NCBI GenBank assembly: GCA_021801565.1
Contig: JAJYXV010000003.1
Location: 132,894 to 196,893 of the forward strand
Reading direction: 5' to 3'
DNA length: 64,000 nt
Origin: a bacterium
GTDB taxonomy: Bacteria; Patescibacteriota; Minisyncoccia; UBA6257; GWB1-50-10
The notes beneath the pieces are model-generated. The model was given only the letters and a program-made list of their open reading frames with translations. It did not search any database and was not told the DNA's origin. A program made the position numbers and the translations under genes. The stretch's first letter is position 1; each line of letters starts with the position of its first letter. Positions 48,471-58,859 of the stretch are shown here, piece by piece.

Positions 48471-49136
48471 ATGAAAAAAATAAAAGATCTAGATGAAAAT
48501 TTTATAGGTTGGATTAAAACTCAATTAGGCAAAAATCTTGTTATAAGGAAAGAAAAATATGGAGATCAAAGCGAGGTTTATTGTATTAATACACCTCGCG
48601 GCAGTTATTTTTTGAAAATTGCCGAAAATCTTGAAACTGAGTGTAAAAAACTAAAATGGTTAAACGGAAGACTTCCCATTCCTGAGGTAATCAAATTTGA
48701 ACACATTGGGGATAAAGACGTTTTGTTACTCTCGGCAGTTGAAGGAAAAAATCTTGCGGAACTTAAAAAAGAATGGCCGGCGGAAAAGGTTGTAAGTATA
48801 CTTGCTAAAGTTTTATTTCAATTTCACACTATTTCGACAAAAGATTGTCCTTTTGGAAGTCAAGGAAAGGGAAAAGTATTAGTGCATGGAGATGCATGCC
48901 TTCCTAATTTTATATTCAAAGACGATGTGTTTTCTGGCTATATAGATTTGGGAGACATGCGGATAGATACCCCTCATATAGATCTTTCTGCTGCGGTGTG
49001 GAGTTTGCAATATAACCTCGGTTCCGGATTTGGTTTAAATTTTTTAGAAAAATATGGAGTAAAAAACGCCACAGAGGAATTGGTGGAGAAATTAAGATTA
49101 CAATATGAAGAAACGCAAAAAGAGTGGGGATTATGA
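48471..49136 (+). CDS. Aminoglycoside phosphotransferase-like kinase
   Basis: YFLK, LKWL.G.LP.PEV, HGDACLPN, YIDLG. Confidence 0.88.
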   Translation: MKKIKDLDENFIGWIKTQLGKNLVIRKEKYGDQSEVYCINTPRGSYFLKIAENLETECKKLKWLNGRLPIPEVIKFEHIGDKDVLLLSAVEGKNLAELKKEWPAEKVVSILAKVLFQFHTISTKDCPFGSQGKGKVLVHGDACLPNFIFKDDVFSGYIDLGDMRIDTPHIDLSAAVWSLQYNLGSGFGLNFLEKYGVKNATEELVEKLRLQYEETQKEWGL

Positions 49137-49212
49137 AAACGCGCGTTATTCATATTGATTGGCTTGTTTTTCGTTTTTCCCTTATAATTTCTATATTGTA
49201 ATTATTATATTT

Positions 49213-49659
49213 ATGACAACAATTTTAATCGGTGTTTTAGGTGCGGTAATTAGTGCTATGACGGGAACTCTTTGGTATTCTGGTTTGACCCCGATGGGGA
49301 AATGGCATATGCAGTATCTCGGATTTGATAAATTGTCGGAAGAAGAAAAGAAAAAAATAATTGCGAAAGCGAAGCCAAAAATGTGGAAGAGTTACTTGGC
49401 GCAAATAATTCTTTCTTTTTTAACATCATTCTTTATCGCCTTTGTGGCAAGCTATACTGTCAAAAATGGGGGACAAGCCAGTGCGGTTTTTTATTATGTC
49501 ATCATGATCTGGGTCGCTTTTACAATGCCAATGATTGGACAAAATATTCTCTGGGGTAAATCCGAAGGCGGTCTTGCATGGAAAAGATTTTTCTCAGATA
49601 GTTTTTACAATTTGATTACCTTTCTCATTATCGCAGTTGTGGCGATCTTAATAATTTAA
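49213..49659 (+). CDS. DUF1761-like membrane protein
   Basis: G.LWYS...MGKW motif; four TMs. Confidence 0.7.
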   Translation: MTTILIGVLGAVISAMTGTLWYSGLTPMGKWHMQYLGFDKLSEEEKKKIIAKAKPKMWKSYLAQIILSFLTSFFIAFVASYTVKNGGQASAVFYYVIMIWVAFTMPMIGQNILWGKSEGGLAWKRFFSDSFYNLITFLIIAVVAILII

Positions 49660-49712
49660 ATTCAAAAATATGCTCATATGGAGCTTTTTAATTTTCATAT
49701 ATTTTAATTTTC

Positions 49713-50012
49713 ATGAAAATTAAGCTTAAGCGGGATAAGTTCAAAAAGACTCGCGGCGGTTCTTCGCGACTATTAGCGGTAAAGTGCGAGAAATGCGACG
49801 AACTACTTTGTTATTATCAAAAAGACGGATCGGGATTGCTCAAGCGCATGTATATCGACCGAATCGCAAAAATATATACGGATATCGATAAAAAGTTGGC
49901 GTGCCATAAATGCGGTCACATCCTTGGCATGCGTTATATTTATGAAAAAGAAAAACGCCCGGCATTTAAGCTCTTCAAGGGATCTGTAAAAAAGAAAATA
50001 GTCAAAACCTGA
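49713..50012 (+). CDS. Small basic zinc-ribbon protein
   Basis: CEKC...YQKDGSG.LKRMY.DRI...CHKC. Confidence 0.75.
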   Translation: MKIKLKRDKFKKTRGGSSRLLAVKCEKCDELLCYYQKDGSGLLKRMYIDRIAKIYTDIDKKLACHKCGHILGMRYIYEKEKRPAFKLFKGSVKKKIVKT

Positions 50013-50037
50013 TTCAAATTTAAATATAATTTAATTT

Positions 50038-51645
50038 ATGAAACGGATTTATAGGGGGATTGTTGTATATGGTGCCCCGGGAACCGGCAAGACCACATTG
50101 GCGAAATCTATTGTCTATAATTTTTCCAATGCAAAGTATGTTGAGGCATCAAGTTTGGTTGTTTATCCCGCCTCAACACTTCAGAAGCTTCCTGTAAAAG
50201 AAAACGGATTTATCCAGGTAATTTGGAAAATTTATAAAAAACCGATTAATAAATATTTTTCCCGAGAAAATGCACGGGATTTTTTCACGTATCTTAAGAA
50301 TAAATATTCTTCTTCGGTGATTGCGAAAACAATCATTTATTTACACAAAAGAGATTTCTCAAAGAAATTTCTTATCGTGGCGGGGATACGCGGATATCGA
50401 AATTCTCTCTACTTTAAGAAAAATGGATATTTCGTTCTTTATCTGAAGGCACCAAATAAACAAATCACAAAGAGATTGGCGAAACGAGAAAATTTTTCTC
50501 GAAAATTTGCAGAAAAAGAACGAGAAATCGAAGAACGACTTTTTTCCACAAATAAGGTAGAAAAAATTGCGCATCTCTCGTTCAATACTGCTGTTACTAC
50601 AGAGAGGGAAATTATTTCACAATTGAAGGCACTTGTGGAGATACAAGAATGCAAACAATGCATAAATTCAAGCGCTAATTTATCATATTCCATCGGAAAG
50701 CTTGGTTTGTGCGAGGTGTGTGAAAAATATAAATTCTATTTTAGTAAAAAATCTCTTGAACAAGAATTAAAACTTTTCCTGTCCTTAAAAAAGAGTGGAA
50801 AAGGAAAATATGATGCAATGGTGGGTATCTCTGGTGGAAAAGACAGCACAGCGATGCTCTACGAGGTGAAAAAAATGGGTTTTACTCCTCTCGCGTTTTC
50901 ATTGGATTCTGGATACTATCCGAGGCACATATCAAAAAGAGCGAGGCAAGTTGCCAAACAATTGGGTGTTGATTATGAAAAAATTGATGCGAGAAAATAT
51001 ATTCGTCCTGCTGATCGCGCAAGTTTTCAAAACACAGCTGATTTATATAACGAACGCGAATCTCCCGAATTGAAAGAAAAGTTTCGAAAATGGTACACAG
51101 AAGGACGAAGACATTATTCCATAAAGTGTGAACATCGCATTCCTTTCATCCGGACGTGTCAGTTGTGCAGGCGTGTGATTATCCGGTCGTATTATGGAGA
51201 AGCGTTACGGCATGGTGTGCGAGTGGTGGTTCTTGGAATTAACGAGTGGGCGGGACTTAGCCAAAATAGTGAATCTAAAAAATTTGTTTTTTCTGCAATA
51301 AGAAAATTACAACCATTTAAGAATAAACCCGCGGTGCATGTGGTGCATCTTCCATTCCTTCTTCAGAGAAAAATCGGAGATACAAAAAAGATTTTGAAAA
51401 AACTTGGGTGGAAAATTCCTCGAGGAGAAGATCTGGTGGAATCAAATTCTAATTCCTGTCTTTTTGCCCGTGCTGCGGAAAGCAAGGCGCGGAGAATGCT
51501 CGGATTTCATCCCGATGCAACCCGTCTCGCAAGAGAGGTAACAGTTGGATTTATCACAAAAAACCAAGCGCGCAAGGCATTGGAAAAAACGCATAATTAT
51601 AAGTATTCTGTGAAAGAAGTTTTGAAAAAAGCAAAAGTAATTTAA
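50038..51645 (+). CDS. P-loop kinase fused to PP-loop (N-acetyl sugar amidotransferase-like) domain
   Basis: GAPGTGKT; CKQC/CEVC; YDAMVGISGGKDS. Confidence 0.8.
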   Translation: MKRIYRGIVVYGAPGTGKTTLAKSIVYNFSNAKYVEASSLVVYPASTLQKLPVKENGFIQVIWKIYKKPINKYFSRENARDFFTYLKNKYSSSVIAKTIIYLHKRDFSKKFLIVAGIRGYRNSLYFKKNGYFVLYLKAPNKQITKRLAKRENFSRKFAEKEREIEERLFSTNKVEKIAHLSFNTAVTTEREIISQLKALVEIQECKQCINSSANLSYSIGKLGLCEVCEKYKFYFSKKSLEQELKLFLSLKKSGKGKYDAMVGISGGKDSTAMLYEVKKMGFTPLAFSLDSGYYPRHISKRARQVAKQLGVDYEKIDARKYIRPADRASFQNTADLYNERESPELKEKFRKWYTEGRRHYSIKCEHRIPFIRTCQLCRRVIIRSYYGEALRHGVRVVVLGINEWAGLSQNSESKKFVFSAIRKLQPFKNKPAVHVVHLPFLLQRKIGDTKKILKKLGWKIPRGEDLVESNSNSCLFARAAESKARRMLGFHPDATRLAREVTVGFITKNQARKALEKTHNYKYSVKEVLKKAKVI

Positions 51646-51793
51646 ATTTTGTGGGGTGTGATAGGATATGTATATGTATAAAGAAGTTACTGCAGAATAT
51701 TGGCGTAAATATTTAGGATTACCGGAAAACTACCAGGTTGGGTGGCAGTTTCCGAATTGCTGGATTTACAATAAATTATTTATCTAAAAATTT

Positions 51794-52297
51794 ATGCATT
51801 TTTACGCTTTTGCGATTGTAAATATAGATGAGTCCATGAGAAAAAGAATTCCTGAAATCATGGAAGAAAGGGATAGGGAGACGAAGAGAATGGATAACGA
51901 ATTTGAAAAAATGACCTTTGATGAAATTTTGGATTCTCACGAAAAGAGAAAACCAAATGGATATGAGAAGTTATTATATGCACTGAAACAAAAAGTAAAA
52001 AAACCACTTGATAAATATTGCGCATATGGAAACACTGAAGACGAGAATAGAAAATTTGATAGTTGGGTATTGATGGATGTTTTTACTCCCAGCCGTCTTA
52101 TGAATGACACTGAAATGCTCAACGATCTCTTTCCTCAAGCAATAATGAATTCAGATTGCAGTTGGATTGAAAGTGAATGGAGTGAGAATGACGAGGAAAA
52201 CGAAAGACTGACATTAAAATGGGACAAGTTCGTGAAAAAAACTCTTGAGGAGAACAGGGAAAAAAGCGTTGTCTTGTTAATTCATTGCGATTCTTAG
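51794..52297 (+). CDS. Acidic hypothetical protein
   Basis: 167-aa ORF. Confidence 0.65.
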   Translation: MHFYAFAIVNIDESMRKRIPEIMEERDRETKRMDNEFEKMTFDEILDSHEKRKPNGYEKLLYALKQKVKKPLDKYCAYGNTEDENRKFDSWVLMDVFTPSRLMNDTEMLNDLFPQAIMNSDCSWIESEWSENDEENERLTLKWDKFVKKTLEENREKSVVLLIHCDS

Positions 52298-52324
52298 GGG
52301 AAGATTATAATACTAGAAAATTTT

Positions 52325-53182
52325 ATGGAACAAAAAATAAAAAAAGGAAGAATTATAGCTTTTGACTTTGACGGGACCATTGCGAAATATAATGGGTTTG
52401 TATCACATCATGATGTTCAGGAGCCGATAGAAGAAACAATAAAAGCAATGCGTTTACTGAAAGAAAAAGGATTTAGGATTCTTATATATACAACGCGAGG
52501 AAATGAATTTGTTAAAAAATACTGTGAAGATTTTTCAATTCCTGTTGATTTTATTAACCATAATCCTGAAATGCAGGGAGAAAATCCAGGGAAGCCAATT
52601 GCATATGTATATGTAGACGATAGTGTTATCAGATATACAGGACAATCAGCAGAAGCCTTGGTATCAGAAGTCGAAAATTTCAGGGCACATTGGAAGGTCC
52701 CGATTAAAAAAAATATGTCTGACGAAAAATTAAAAGCAATATGTGAGCATTTAAACTATGAGTTTTGGATGTTTTTTGAATTAGCTAGAATACAGTCAGG
52801 GAGGGGATTTTCAACAAACGAACAGATTAAGAACGCATTGCTCGAATCTTTTATTATTCACTTTCGCAATGTAGTTGATTTTTTATATTCCCCAAATAAT
52901 TTAAAGTCCGACGATGTTTCTGCAAATCAATTTTTTGATGACCAAAATAATTGGCCTAAAATACGCCTCCCCCTTAGTCCAAGAATACGGGATGCGAGGA
53001 GTCGCATTGGAAAGGAAGTGGCTCATCTCACCTACACTCGCTTATTGATACCGCATAATAAAAAATCTTGGCCGTTTCTCTTATTAGCCCAAGACGTACA
53101 GAAAGTATGGGTACAATTTCTTAAGGTAGTTCCATCATCAAGACTTAATCAAAAATTGATGAAAGCAAGAGACAGTGTTTGA
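52325..53182 (+). CDS. HAD-like hydrolase fused to a HEPN-like domain
   Basis: FDFDGTI, YVDD; second domain from Met at 52715 with ESFIIHFRN..DFL and KEVAHLT. Confidence 0.7.
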   Translation: MEQKIKKGRIIAFDFDGTIAKYNGFVSHHDVQEPIEETIKAMRLLKEKGFRILIYTTRGNEFVKKYCEDFSIPVDFINHNPEMQGENPGKPIAYVYVDDSVIRYTGQSAEALVSEVENFRAHWKVPIKKNMSDEKLKAICEHLNYEFWMFFELARIQSGRGFSTNEQIKNALLESFIIHFRNVVDFLYSPNNLKSDDVSANQFFDDQNNWPKIRLPLSPRIRDARSRIGKEVAHLTYTRLLIPHNKKSWPFLLLAQDVQKVWVQFLKVVPSSRLNQKLMKARDSV

Positions 53183-53245
53183 TAGAATATATGCCGAATA
53201 TGCGGTAGTTGATGTTTAGGTCGAATATAAAATATAATTTAATTT

Positions 53246-53809
53246 ATGAAAGAAATTGAAATTCTTGTTGATGTATTGGAATCAAAAGAAAGTGCGCTTA
53301 AAAAACTTGAGCAGTTTCATTTTGTTGGGAAAAAGAGTGTTTTGGATATTTATTTTTCTGATCCATTACGGATAAATCTTCAGCCAGATAAAGAAGGAAG
53401 ATTAAACAATTGTTTTCGCGTGCGCACGAAAGATGAGAAAACTTCCATTGCATATAAAGTTGATCATTTCACCGAGAAAGGGGAATGGACATATTCTGAT
53501 GAGCACGAAACTGAGGTGGGTGATTTCGAGATCATTCGAAAAATCATTGAACATTTGGGATTTGAAATACTTCTACAGATAGATAATGAAAAGAATACTT
53601 ATATCACGGATGATTATGAAGTTGTTCTTGAAGATGTAAAAGATTTAGGAATTTTCTTGGAAGTTGAGAGATTGAAAGTAGATGATACGGAAGATATTTC
53701 CGAGGTTAAAAAAGAAATTTGGAATTTTATTCAAACGACAAAAATTAAAGTAGGGAAAGAATTAAATGCCGGAAAACCTGAATTAATGCTAAAGAAAAAG
53801 CTTTTATAG
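53246..53809 (+). CDS. CYTH-domain protein
   Basis: EIE start, DIYF, RVR, EHET.V, LG.FLEVE. Confidence 0.85.
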   Translation: MKEIEILVDVLESKESALKKLEQFHFVGKKSVLDIYFSDPLRINLQPDKEGRLNNCFRVRTKDEKTSIAYKVDHFTEKGEWTYSDEHETEVGDFEIIRKIIEHLGFEILLQIDNEKNTYITDDYEVVLEDVKDLGIFLEVERLKVDDTEDISEVKKEIWNFIQTTKIKVGKELNAGKPELMLKKKLL

Positions 53810-53875
53810 AAAACTACCTGATGTAATACAAAAACCCCGATGTGAAATCGGGTTTTTTTGTTATTTCATATTTTT

Positions 53876-54343
53876 TTATTCCACTACAATTGTTCCTTTC
53901 ATCCCTTTATCGAGATGACCTGGGACACTGCAATAAAACTGAAAGCTTCCAGTCTTATTTGCGGTGAATATCACATTTGTCTTTTTACCCGATTTAATAG
54001 TTTTTGACTTCACATTTAGTTCATTAATGACAAAGTTATGCGGATACTTACCGGTGTTGGTAAAAATAACTCTTACTCGTGCACCCTTTTTTACATGAAT
54101 TTCATTCGGTAAAAAACTAAACTCATTTCCAGCGATTGCCACGGTTTGTATTTTCTGCATTTTCTGTATTTTTTTCACCTTTTTTACAGCAACGGTTTTT
54201 TTCACTTTTTTGATTAAGTGCTTCCCACTACTCACTGCTTTCGTTGAAGTTGATTGAGGGGGAACTTGTGCGGATACTGGAATAGCCAAAAAGGCTAATG
54301 CAACCAGCATAAATGAAGCAGTAATAATTCCTTTTCTATACAT
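53876..54343 (-). CDS. Secreted cupredoxin-domain protein
   Basis: Signal peptide; HNF...FYCSVPGH...GMKG type-1 copper ligands. Confidence 0.9.
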   Translation of the reverse strand: MYRKGIITASFMLVALAFLAIPVSAQVPPQSTSTKAVSSGKHLIKKVKKTVAVKKVKKIQKMQKIQTVAIAGNEFSFLPNEIHVKKGARVRVIFTNTGKYPHNFVINELNVKSKTIKSGKKTNVIFTANKTGSFQFYCSVPGHLDKGMKGTIVVE

Positions 54344-54598
54344 AAAACAAATACCTAAAGTCTTTTCTGTTCGACCTTTCTTTTATTTCTATACCTTCTA
54401 TACGTTTTTTCTAGGGAAAAAATTTCAAAATTTGGATTATGATACCGTGTTCTATTTTGATGCGTATCCTTGTTTATTAGCAGATAGATGAAGGGGGATT
54501 TGTTTATTTTATAAGCTATATTGAGATGCTAGTGTCGCCGGACAAAATGTATTATTATTATGTTCTGAAACGTATTAATAAAACGAGTATATTTTTAT

Positions 54599-55231
54599 AT
54601 GAAAAAAAAGTTGCTATCTATTTCTCTTATCCTTTCTTTTATTATTTATGCCGCGTATGAACGCATAACCGGACTTAGTGCATTATCCGTGGCGATAAAT
54701 AGAGAAAGCAAAAAAAATAATGTACCGATAGCTGATTCGACGTATATACCTACAACGCCGGTTATTCAACCACATCGTGTTCCTAGTGAAGACGACTATG
54801 AAGATGATGATGGATTTTTTGGTTCGCTTTTTGGCAAAAAAATTCCTTCTCCAACAAAACCTCCGGTACAAACAAGTCAACCAAAACCCGCCACTCCGAC
54901 ACCGGTTTCTCAGCCGACGCCTACCACCCCGACCGCCAACCCTGGTCTCTATCGCAGTGGGGAATATATCGGTTCGGTTGCTGATGCATATTATGGTAAC
55001 GTACAGGTAAAAGTTGTCGTTTCAGGTGGAAAAATTGCTGATGTACAATTTTTGAATTATCCGCAGGACAGAAATAACTCAATCCGGATTAATACTTATG
55101 CGATGCCGATTTTAACATCAGAGGCAATTCAAGCGCAGAATGCAAATGTTGATGCGGTTTCCGGTGCAACGGCAACAAGTGCAGCATTCAACGAATCGCT
55201 TGCATTCGCACTTGCTCAAGCAAAAAATTAA
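54599..55231 (+). CDS. FMN-binding (flavinylated) extracytoplasmic protein
   Basis: YGNVQV.V...GGKI, VDAVSGAT flavinylation motif. Confidence 0.9.
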   Translation: MKKKLLSISLILSFIIYAAYERITGLSALSVAINRESKKNNVPIADSTYIPTTPVIQPHRVPSEDDYEDDDGFFGSLFGKKIPSPTKPPVQTSQPKPATPTPVSQPTPTTPTANPGLYRSGEYIGSVADAYYGNVQVKVVVSGGKIADVQFLNYPQDRNNSIRINTYAMPILTSEAIQAQNANVDAVSGATATSAAFNESLAFALAQAKN

Positions 55232-55232
55232 A

Positions 55233-55991
55233 ATGAAAAAAATCCAACTTATCATGGGCATGCCGATCATTGTGGAAATAGACGATCGTGAGGCATCATC
55301 CGAACTTTTTAATGAAGTCTTTTCATATTTTGTCTCTGTAGATGAAAAATTTAGTACATATAAAGAAACAAGCGAGATTAGTGCCATAAATCGCGGGGAG
55401 CTTAAAGAAGAGATGTGGAGCAACGACATGAAAGAAATTTTTGCTCTTTCCGAAGAAACAAAACGATTGACTGGCGGCTATTTTGATATAGTAACGCGGA
55501 ATGGCACGTATGATCCTTCCGGCCTTGTAAAGGGATGGGCAATTTTGAAAGCGGCGAATATTTTGCGTAGTCATGGAGTGAAGAATTTTTATATTGAAGC
55601 CGGTGGAGATATAGAAACAAGCGGCAAAAACACAGAAGGGAATTCGTGGTATATTGGCATCCAAAATCCATTCAATAAAAAAAGAGAAGTGGTAAAAACA
55701 GTATATTTACGCAATAAAGGAATTGCTACTTCAGGCACCTACCTCCGCGGTCAGCATATTTATAATCCAAATGATAAAAACAAACCACTGAAAGATGTGC
55801 TGAGTTTAACCGTTATTGGACCAAATGTATACGAAGCTGATCGTTTTGCCACTGCGGCATTTGCCATGGAAAACGCGGGTATTGAATTTATTGAAAGACT
55901 TGAAGGATTTGAAGGGTATCAAATCAACCATGACGGAAATGCTATAATGACGAGCGGATTTGCCAATTATATTTCCAATTCATATGTTTAA
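55233..55991 (+). CDS. apbE: FAD:protein FMN transferase
   Basis: MGM, FSTY...SEIS.IN, DPSGLVKGW, AGGDI, ATSG.Y, AD..ATA. Confidence 0.92.
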   Translation: MKKIQLIMGMPIIVEIDDREASSELFNEVFSYFVSVDEKFSTYKETSEISAINRGELKEEMWSNDMKEIFALSEETKRLTGGYFDIVTRNGTYDPSGLVKGWAILKAANILRSHGVKNFYIEAGGDIETSGKNTEGNSWYIGIQNPFNKKREVVKTVYLRNKGIATSGTYLRGQHIYNPNDKNKPLKDVLSLTVIGPNVYEADRFATAAFAMENAGIEFIERLEGFEGYQINHDGNAIMTSGFANYISNSYV

Positions 55992-57519
55992 TTTTGTTGA
56001 TGATTTTTTGAACAGAACCACGATGTATCGGCTTGTCCTTTATGTTTTGCTTTTCTTTTTTGTTGTGGCACTTGCGCTTTCATTTTTCAAGTTACTTCCG
56101 TATGCTCCGGCGGATCTACTTTTATCCGCTGTTATTATTACAACAGTGTCATGGATAACAAATTTCGTTTTTGCGCGCGTATTTGAAGCGCCGGCAAATG
56201 TGGAATCAGTCTACATTACCGCACTTATTTTGTTCTGTATTATCACCCCCCCGCAGGGAAATGACTATTCCCAATTTCTTTCACTTGCCTTATGGGCGTC
56301 AATATGGTCAATGGCATCAAAATATATTTTTGCGATAGGTAAAAAACATATTTTTAATCCGGTGGCATTCGCCGTGACACTTACGGCATTTACAATTAAT
56401 GAATCAGCAAGCTGGTGGATTGGCACTATGTATATGCTTCCGTTTGTTTTTATCGGCGGTGTGTTGATTGTGAGAAAAATCCGTCGGGTTGATTTGATAT
56501 TTAGTTTTTTTATCGTTGCGTTTGTTACTATTATTAGTTTCGCCTTTATAAAGGGTACTAGTCCGGTGATTGCACTTTATAAGACCATTGTTAATTCGGC
56601 ATTTCTGTTTTTTGCTTTTGTGATGCTTACCGAGCCCTTAACGACTCCTCCCACAAAGTGGTTTCGCGTTGGATATGGCGCGCTTGTTGGATTTTTATTT
56701 GTACCCGCTATTCATATAGGCTCACTGTATTCAACTCCAGAACTCGCACTTGTTATCGGCAATATCTTCTCTTATATCGTGAGCCCGAAAGAGAAACTCA
56801 TTCTTTGTCTTAAAGAGCGAGTGAAGGTTGCAGATAATACATATGATTTTGTTTTCACAAATAATCGGAATTTTACGTTTCGACCCGGTCAATATATGGA
56901 ATGGACGCTTTCCCACCGTGATCCGGATTCGCGAGGGAACCGTCGATATTTCACCATTGCTTCGTCTCCTACAGAAAAAGACGTGCGTATTGGAGTCAGG
57001 TTTTATCCTGAGCCAAGCAGCTTTAAAAACAGAATCGCGTTTTTAGAGAAAGGAGATACAATTGTTGCATCCCAATGTGCCGGGGATTTTGTATTGCCCG
57101 ATAAAAAAGATCAAAAAATCGCTTTTATTGCTGGCGGCATTGGCGCGACGCCGTTTCGGAGCATGATGAAATATCTGTTGGATAAAAATGAAAAGCGACC
57201 GATTATAATGCTTTATTCAAACAAGACGATAAGTGACATTGCCTATAAAGATATTTTTGACAGCGCGGAATCTATGCTCGGCATAAAAACTGTTTATGCC
57301 GTAACCAATTCAGATAAAAATGAGATGCAACCGAGATGGCCGATTGTTTATGGATTTATTGATGCGGAAATGATAAAAAAAGAAGTGCCGGACTACCTTG
57401 AACGCACATTCTATGTTTCAGGCCCGCGTTCTATGGTTACCACTTTTGAGAAAACATTGCGCGATATGGGTGTCACACGGAGCAAAATAAAAACTGATTT
57501 TTTCCCTGGTTTTGTATAA
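55984..57519 (+). CDS. RnfD/NqrB-like membrane domain fused to FNR-type oxidoreductase
   Basis: KHIFNP, MLTEPLTTP; RYFTIASSP, AGGIGATPF, SGP..MV. Confidence 0.88.
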   Translation: MFNFVDDFLNRTTMYRLVLYVLLFFFVVALALSFFKLLPYAPADLLLSAVIITTVSWITNFVFARVFEAPANVESVYITALILFCIITPPQGNDYSQFLSLALWASIWSMASKYIFAIGKKHIFNPVAFAVTLTAFTINESASWWIGTMYMLPFVFIGGVLIVRKIRRVDLIFSFFIVAFVTIISFAFIKGTSPVIALYKTIVNSAFLFFAFVMLTEPLTTPPTKWFRVGYGALVGFLFVPAIHIGSLYSTPELALVIGNIFSYIVSPKEKLILCLKERVKVADNTYDFVFTNNRNFTFRPGQYMEWTLSHRDPDSRGNRRYFTIASSPTEKDVRIGVRFYPEPSSFKNRIAFLEKGDTIVASQCAGDFVLPDKKDQKIAFIAGGIGATPFRSMMKYLLDKNEKRPIIMLYSNKTISDIAYKDIFDSAESMLGIKTVYAVTNSDKNEMQPRWPIVYGFIDAEMIKKEVPDYLERTFYVSGPRSMVTTFEKTLRDMGVTRSKIKTDFFPGFV

Positions 57520-57560
57520 CCAGTACATGGGATAAATTAATTTAGAAGTGATAATATTAT

Positions 57561-57953
57561 ATGATGAAGCTTTTCGAGAAAATATTTCCTTCTGAACCAG
57601 AAAATAACATTAGAAACCTGCATAAAGATTTTAAGATTATTCATGATGGGTTTTGGTGTTTCAATAGGGAATTTAGCCCTCTTACAGATCGCGAGTTGAA
57701 TATAAAAGCAAAGATAATATTTGAAGATCCGTCACTTTTGGACGACTGCAAATTTCTTGCAAAGATTGGAAAAAATCTTGATATGAATATTCCGCTTCCA
57801 TATATCGGTTTTGCATACGGAAAAAATGAAGAGGAAGAAGCGCTTAAAAAATGGGTGGAAAAATTTCCCTATGTCGAATTGATACGCGGATTGGATAGGG
57901 AAGGAGTGATAAAAGAAGATAGTGAGGTGGTACAACTAAAAACATTACAATAA
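57561..57953 (+). CDS. Hypothetical protein
   Basis: 130-aa ORF. Confidence 0.55.
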   Translation: MMKLFEKIFPSEPENNIRNLHKDFKIIHDGFWCFNREFSPLTDRELNIKAKIIFEDPSLLDDCKFLAKIGKNLDMNIPLPYIGFAYGKNEEEEALKKWVEKFPYVELIRGLDREGVIKEDSEVVQLKTLQ

Positions 57954-57955
57954 TA

Positions 57956-58852
57956 ATGAAAATATTTTTTACAGGAATAATTTTGGCGCTCATTATTGTT
58001 GGAGCGTGGTTTTTATATGCAAATGCTCCGCAACGGAACAATGGCATATCGGAACCAAAATTTGAAAATAAGGTTTTGTATATGTGTAAAAATTCAAAAA
58101 CAATTCAGGCGGTGTATCTTATTAGCGCTTCCATCAAGGCAAAGCCGGGCGAACGGCCCATACCAAACGGGAGTGTTGATATTACATTAAGCGATGGACG
58201 CACATTATCTCTTCCACAAACAATTTCGGCAAGCGGTATTCGTTATGCAAACAGTGATGAATCAATTGTCTTCTGGAGTAAGGGCAATGGAGCGTTTCTC
58301 CTTGAACACAATAAGGAAACATATATGGATTGTATAGCGATTGCGCCCGAATCAGGAAATCTTTCTAAAATTTATGCAAACAGCGCCGAAGGTTTTTCGC
58401 TTCGCTATCCCGCCGACTATTTAGTGAACACAACATATCAATATGAAGCACTTGGGCCAGGGAAAGAAATTAAGGGCGTGAAATTTACCATTCCGCTTGA
58501 AATGAGCACGGGCACGAATCTCTCCGGATATGATACAGGTATATCAATCGAAGAAATCCCAAATATTCAAAATTGCACCGCAAATCTATTTATTTACCAA
58601 AATATGAAAGCGGTTTCTGTGAGAGATGCAGATGTTGAATACTCTGTTGCGACCACAACTGGTGTTGGATTGGGAAATTATTATGATGAAACGGTGTGGG
58701 CATTTCCAGGAACAAATCTATGTATAGCGGTGCGATACCTTATTCATTCCATGAATATACAGAATTACACACCAGGAGCCGTTCACGAGTTTGATCGCAA
58801 AACTCTTCTCGAGCAGTTTGATGCGATACGGCGAACGTTAACGTTATTATAA
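57956..58852 (+). CDS. MliC-domain membrane-anchored protein
   Basis: LPQTISASGIRYAN...FWSKG..A MliC motif. Confidence 0.82.
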   Translation: MKIFFTGIILALIIVGAWFLYANAPQRNNGISEPKFENKVLYMCKNSKTIQAVYLISASIKAKPGERPIPNGSVDITLSDGRTLSLPQTISASGIRYANSDESIVFWSKGNGAFLLEHNKETYMDCIAIAPESGNLSKIYANSAEGFSLRYPADYLVNTTYQYEALGPGKEIKGVKFTIPLEMSTGTNLSGYDTGISIEEIPNIQNCTANLFIYQNMKAVSVRDADVEYSVATTTGVGLGNYYDETVWAFPGTNLCIAVRYLIHSMNIQNYTPGAVHEFDRKTLLEQFDAIRRTLTLL

Positions 58853-58859
58853 AATTAGT

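Noticed and set aside
48471-49136. Bona fide aminoglycoside resistance gene
   Set aside because: APH-like fold is clear but substrate cannot be inferred from motifs
47955-53809. Classical integron cassette array
   Set aside because: No intI and no recurring attC-like inverted repeats between these genes
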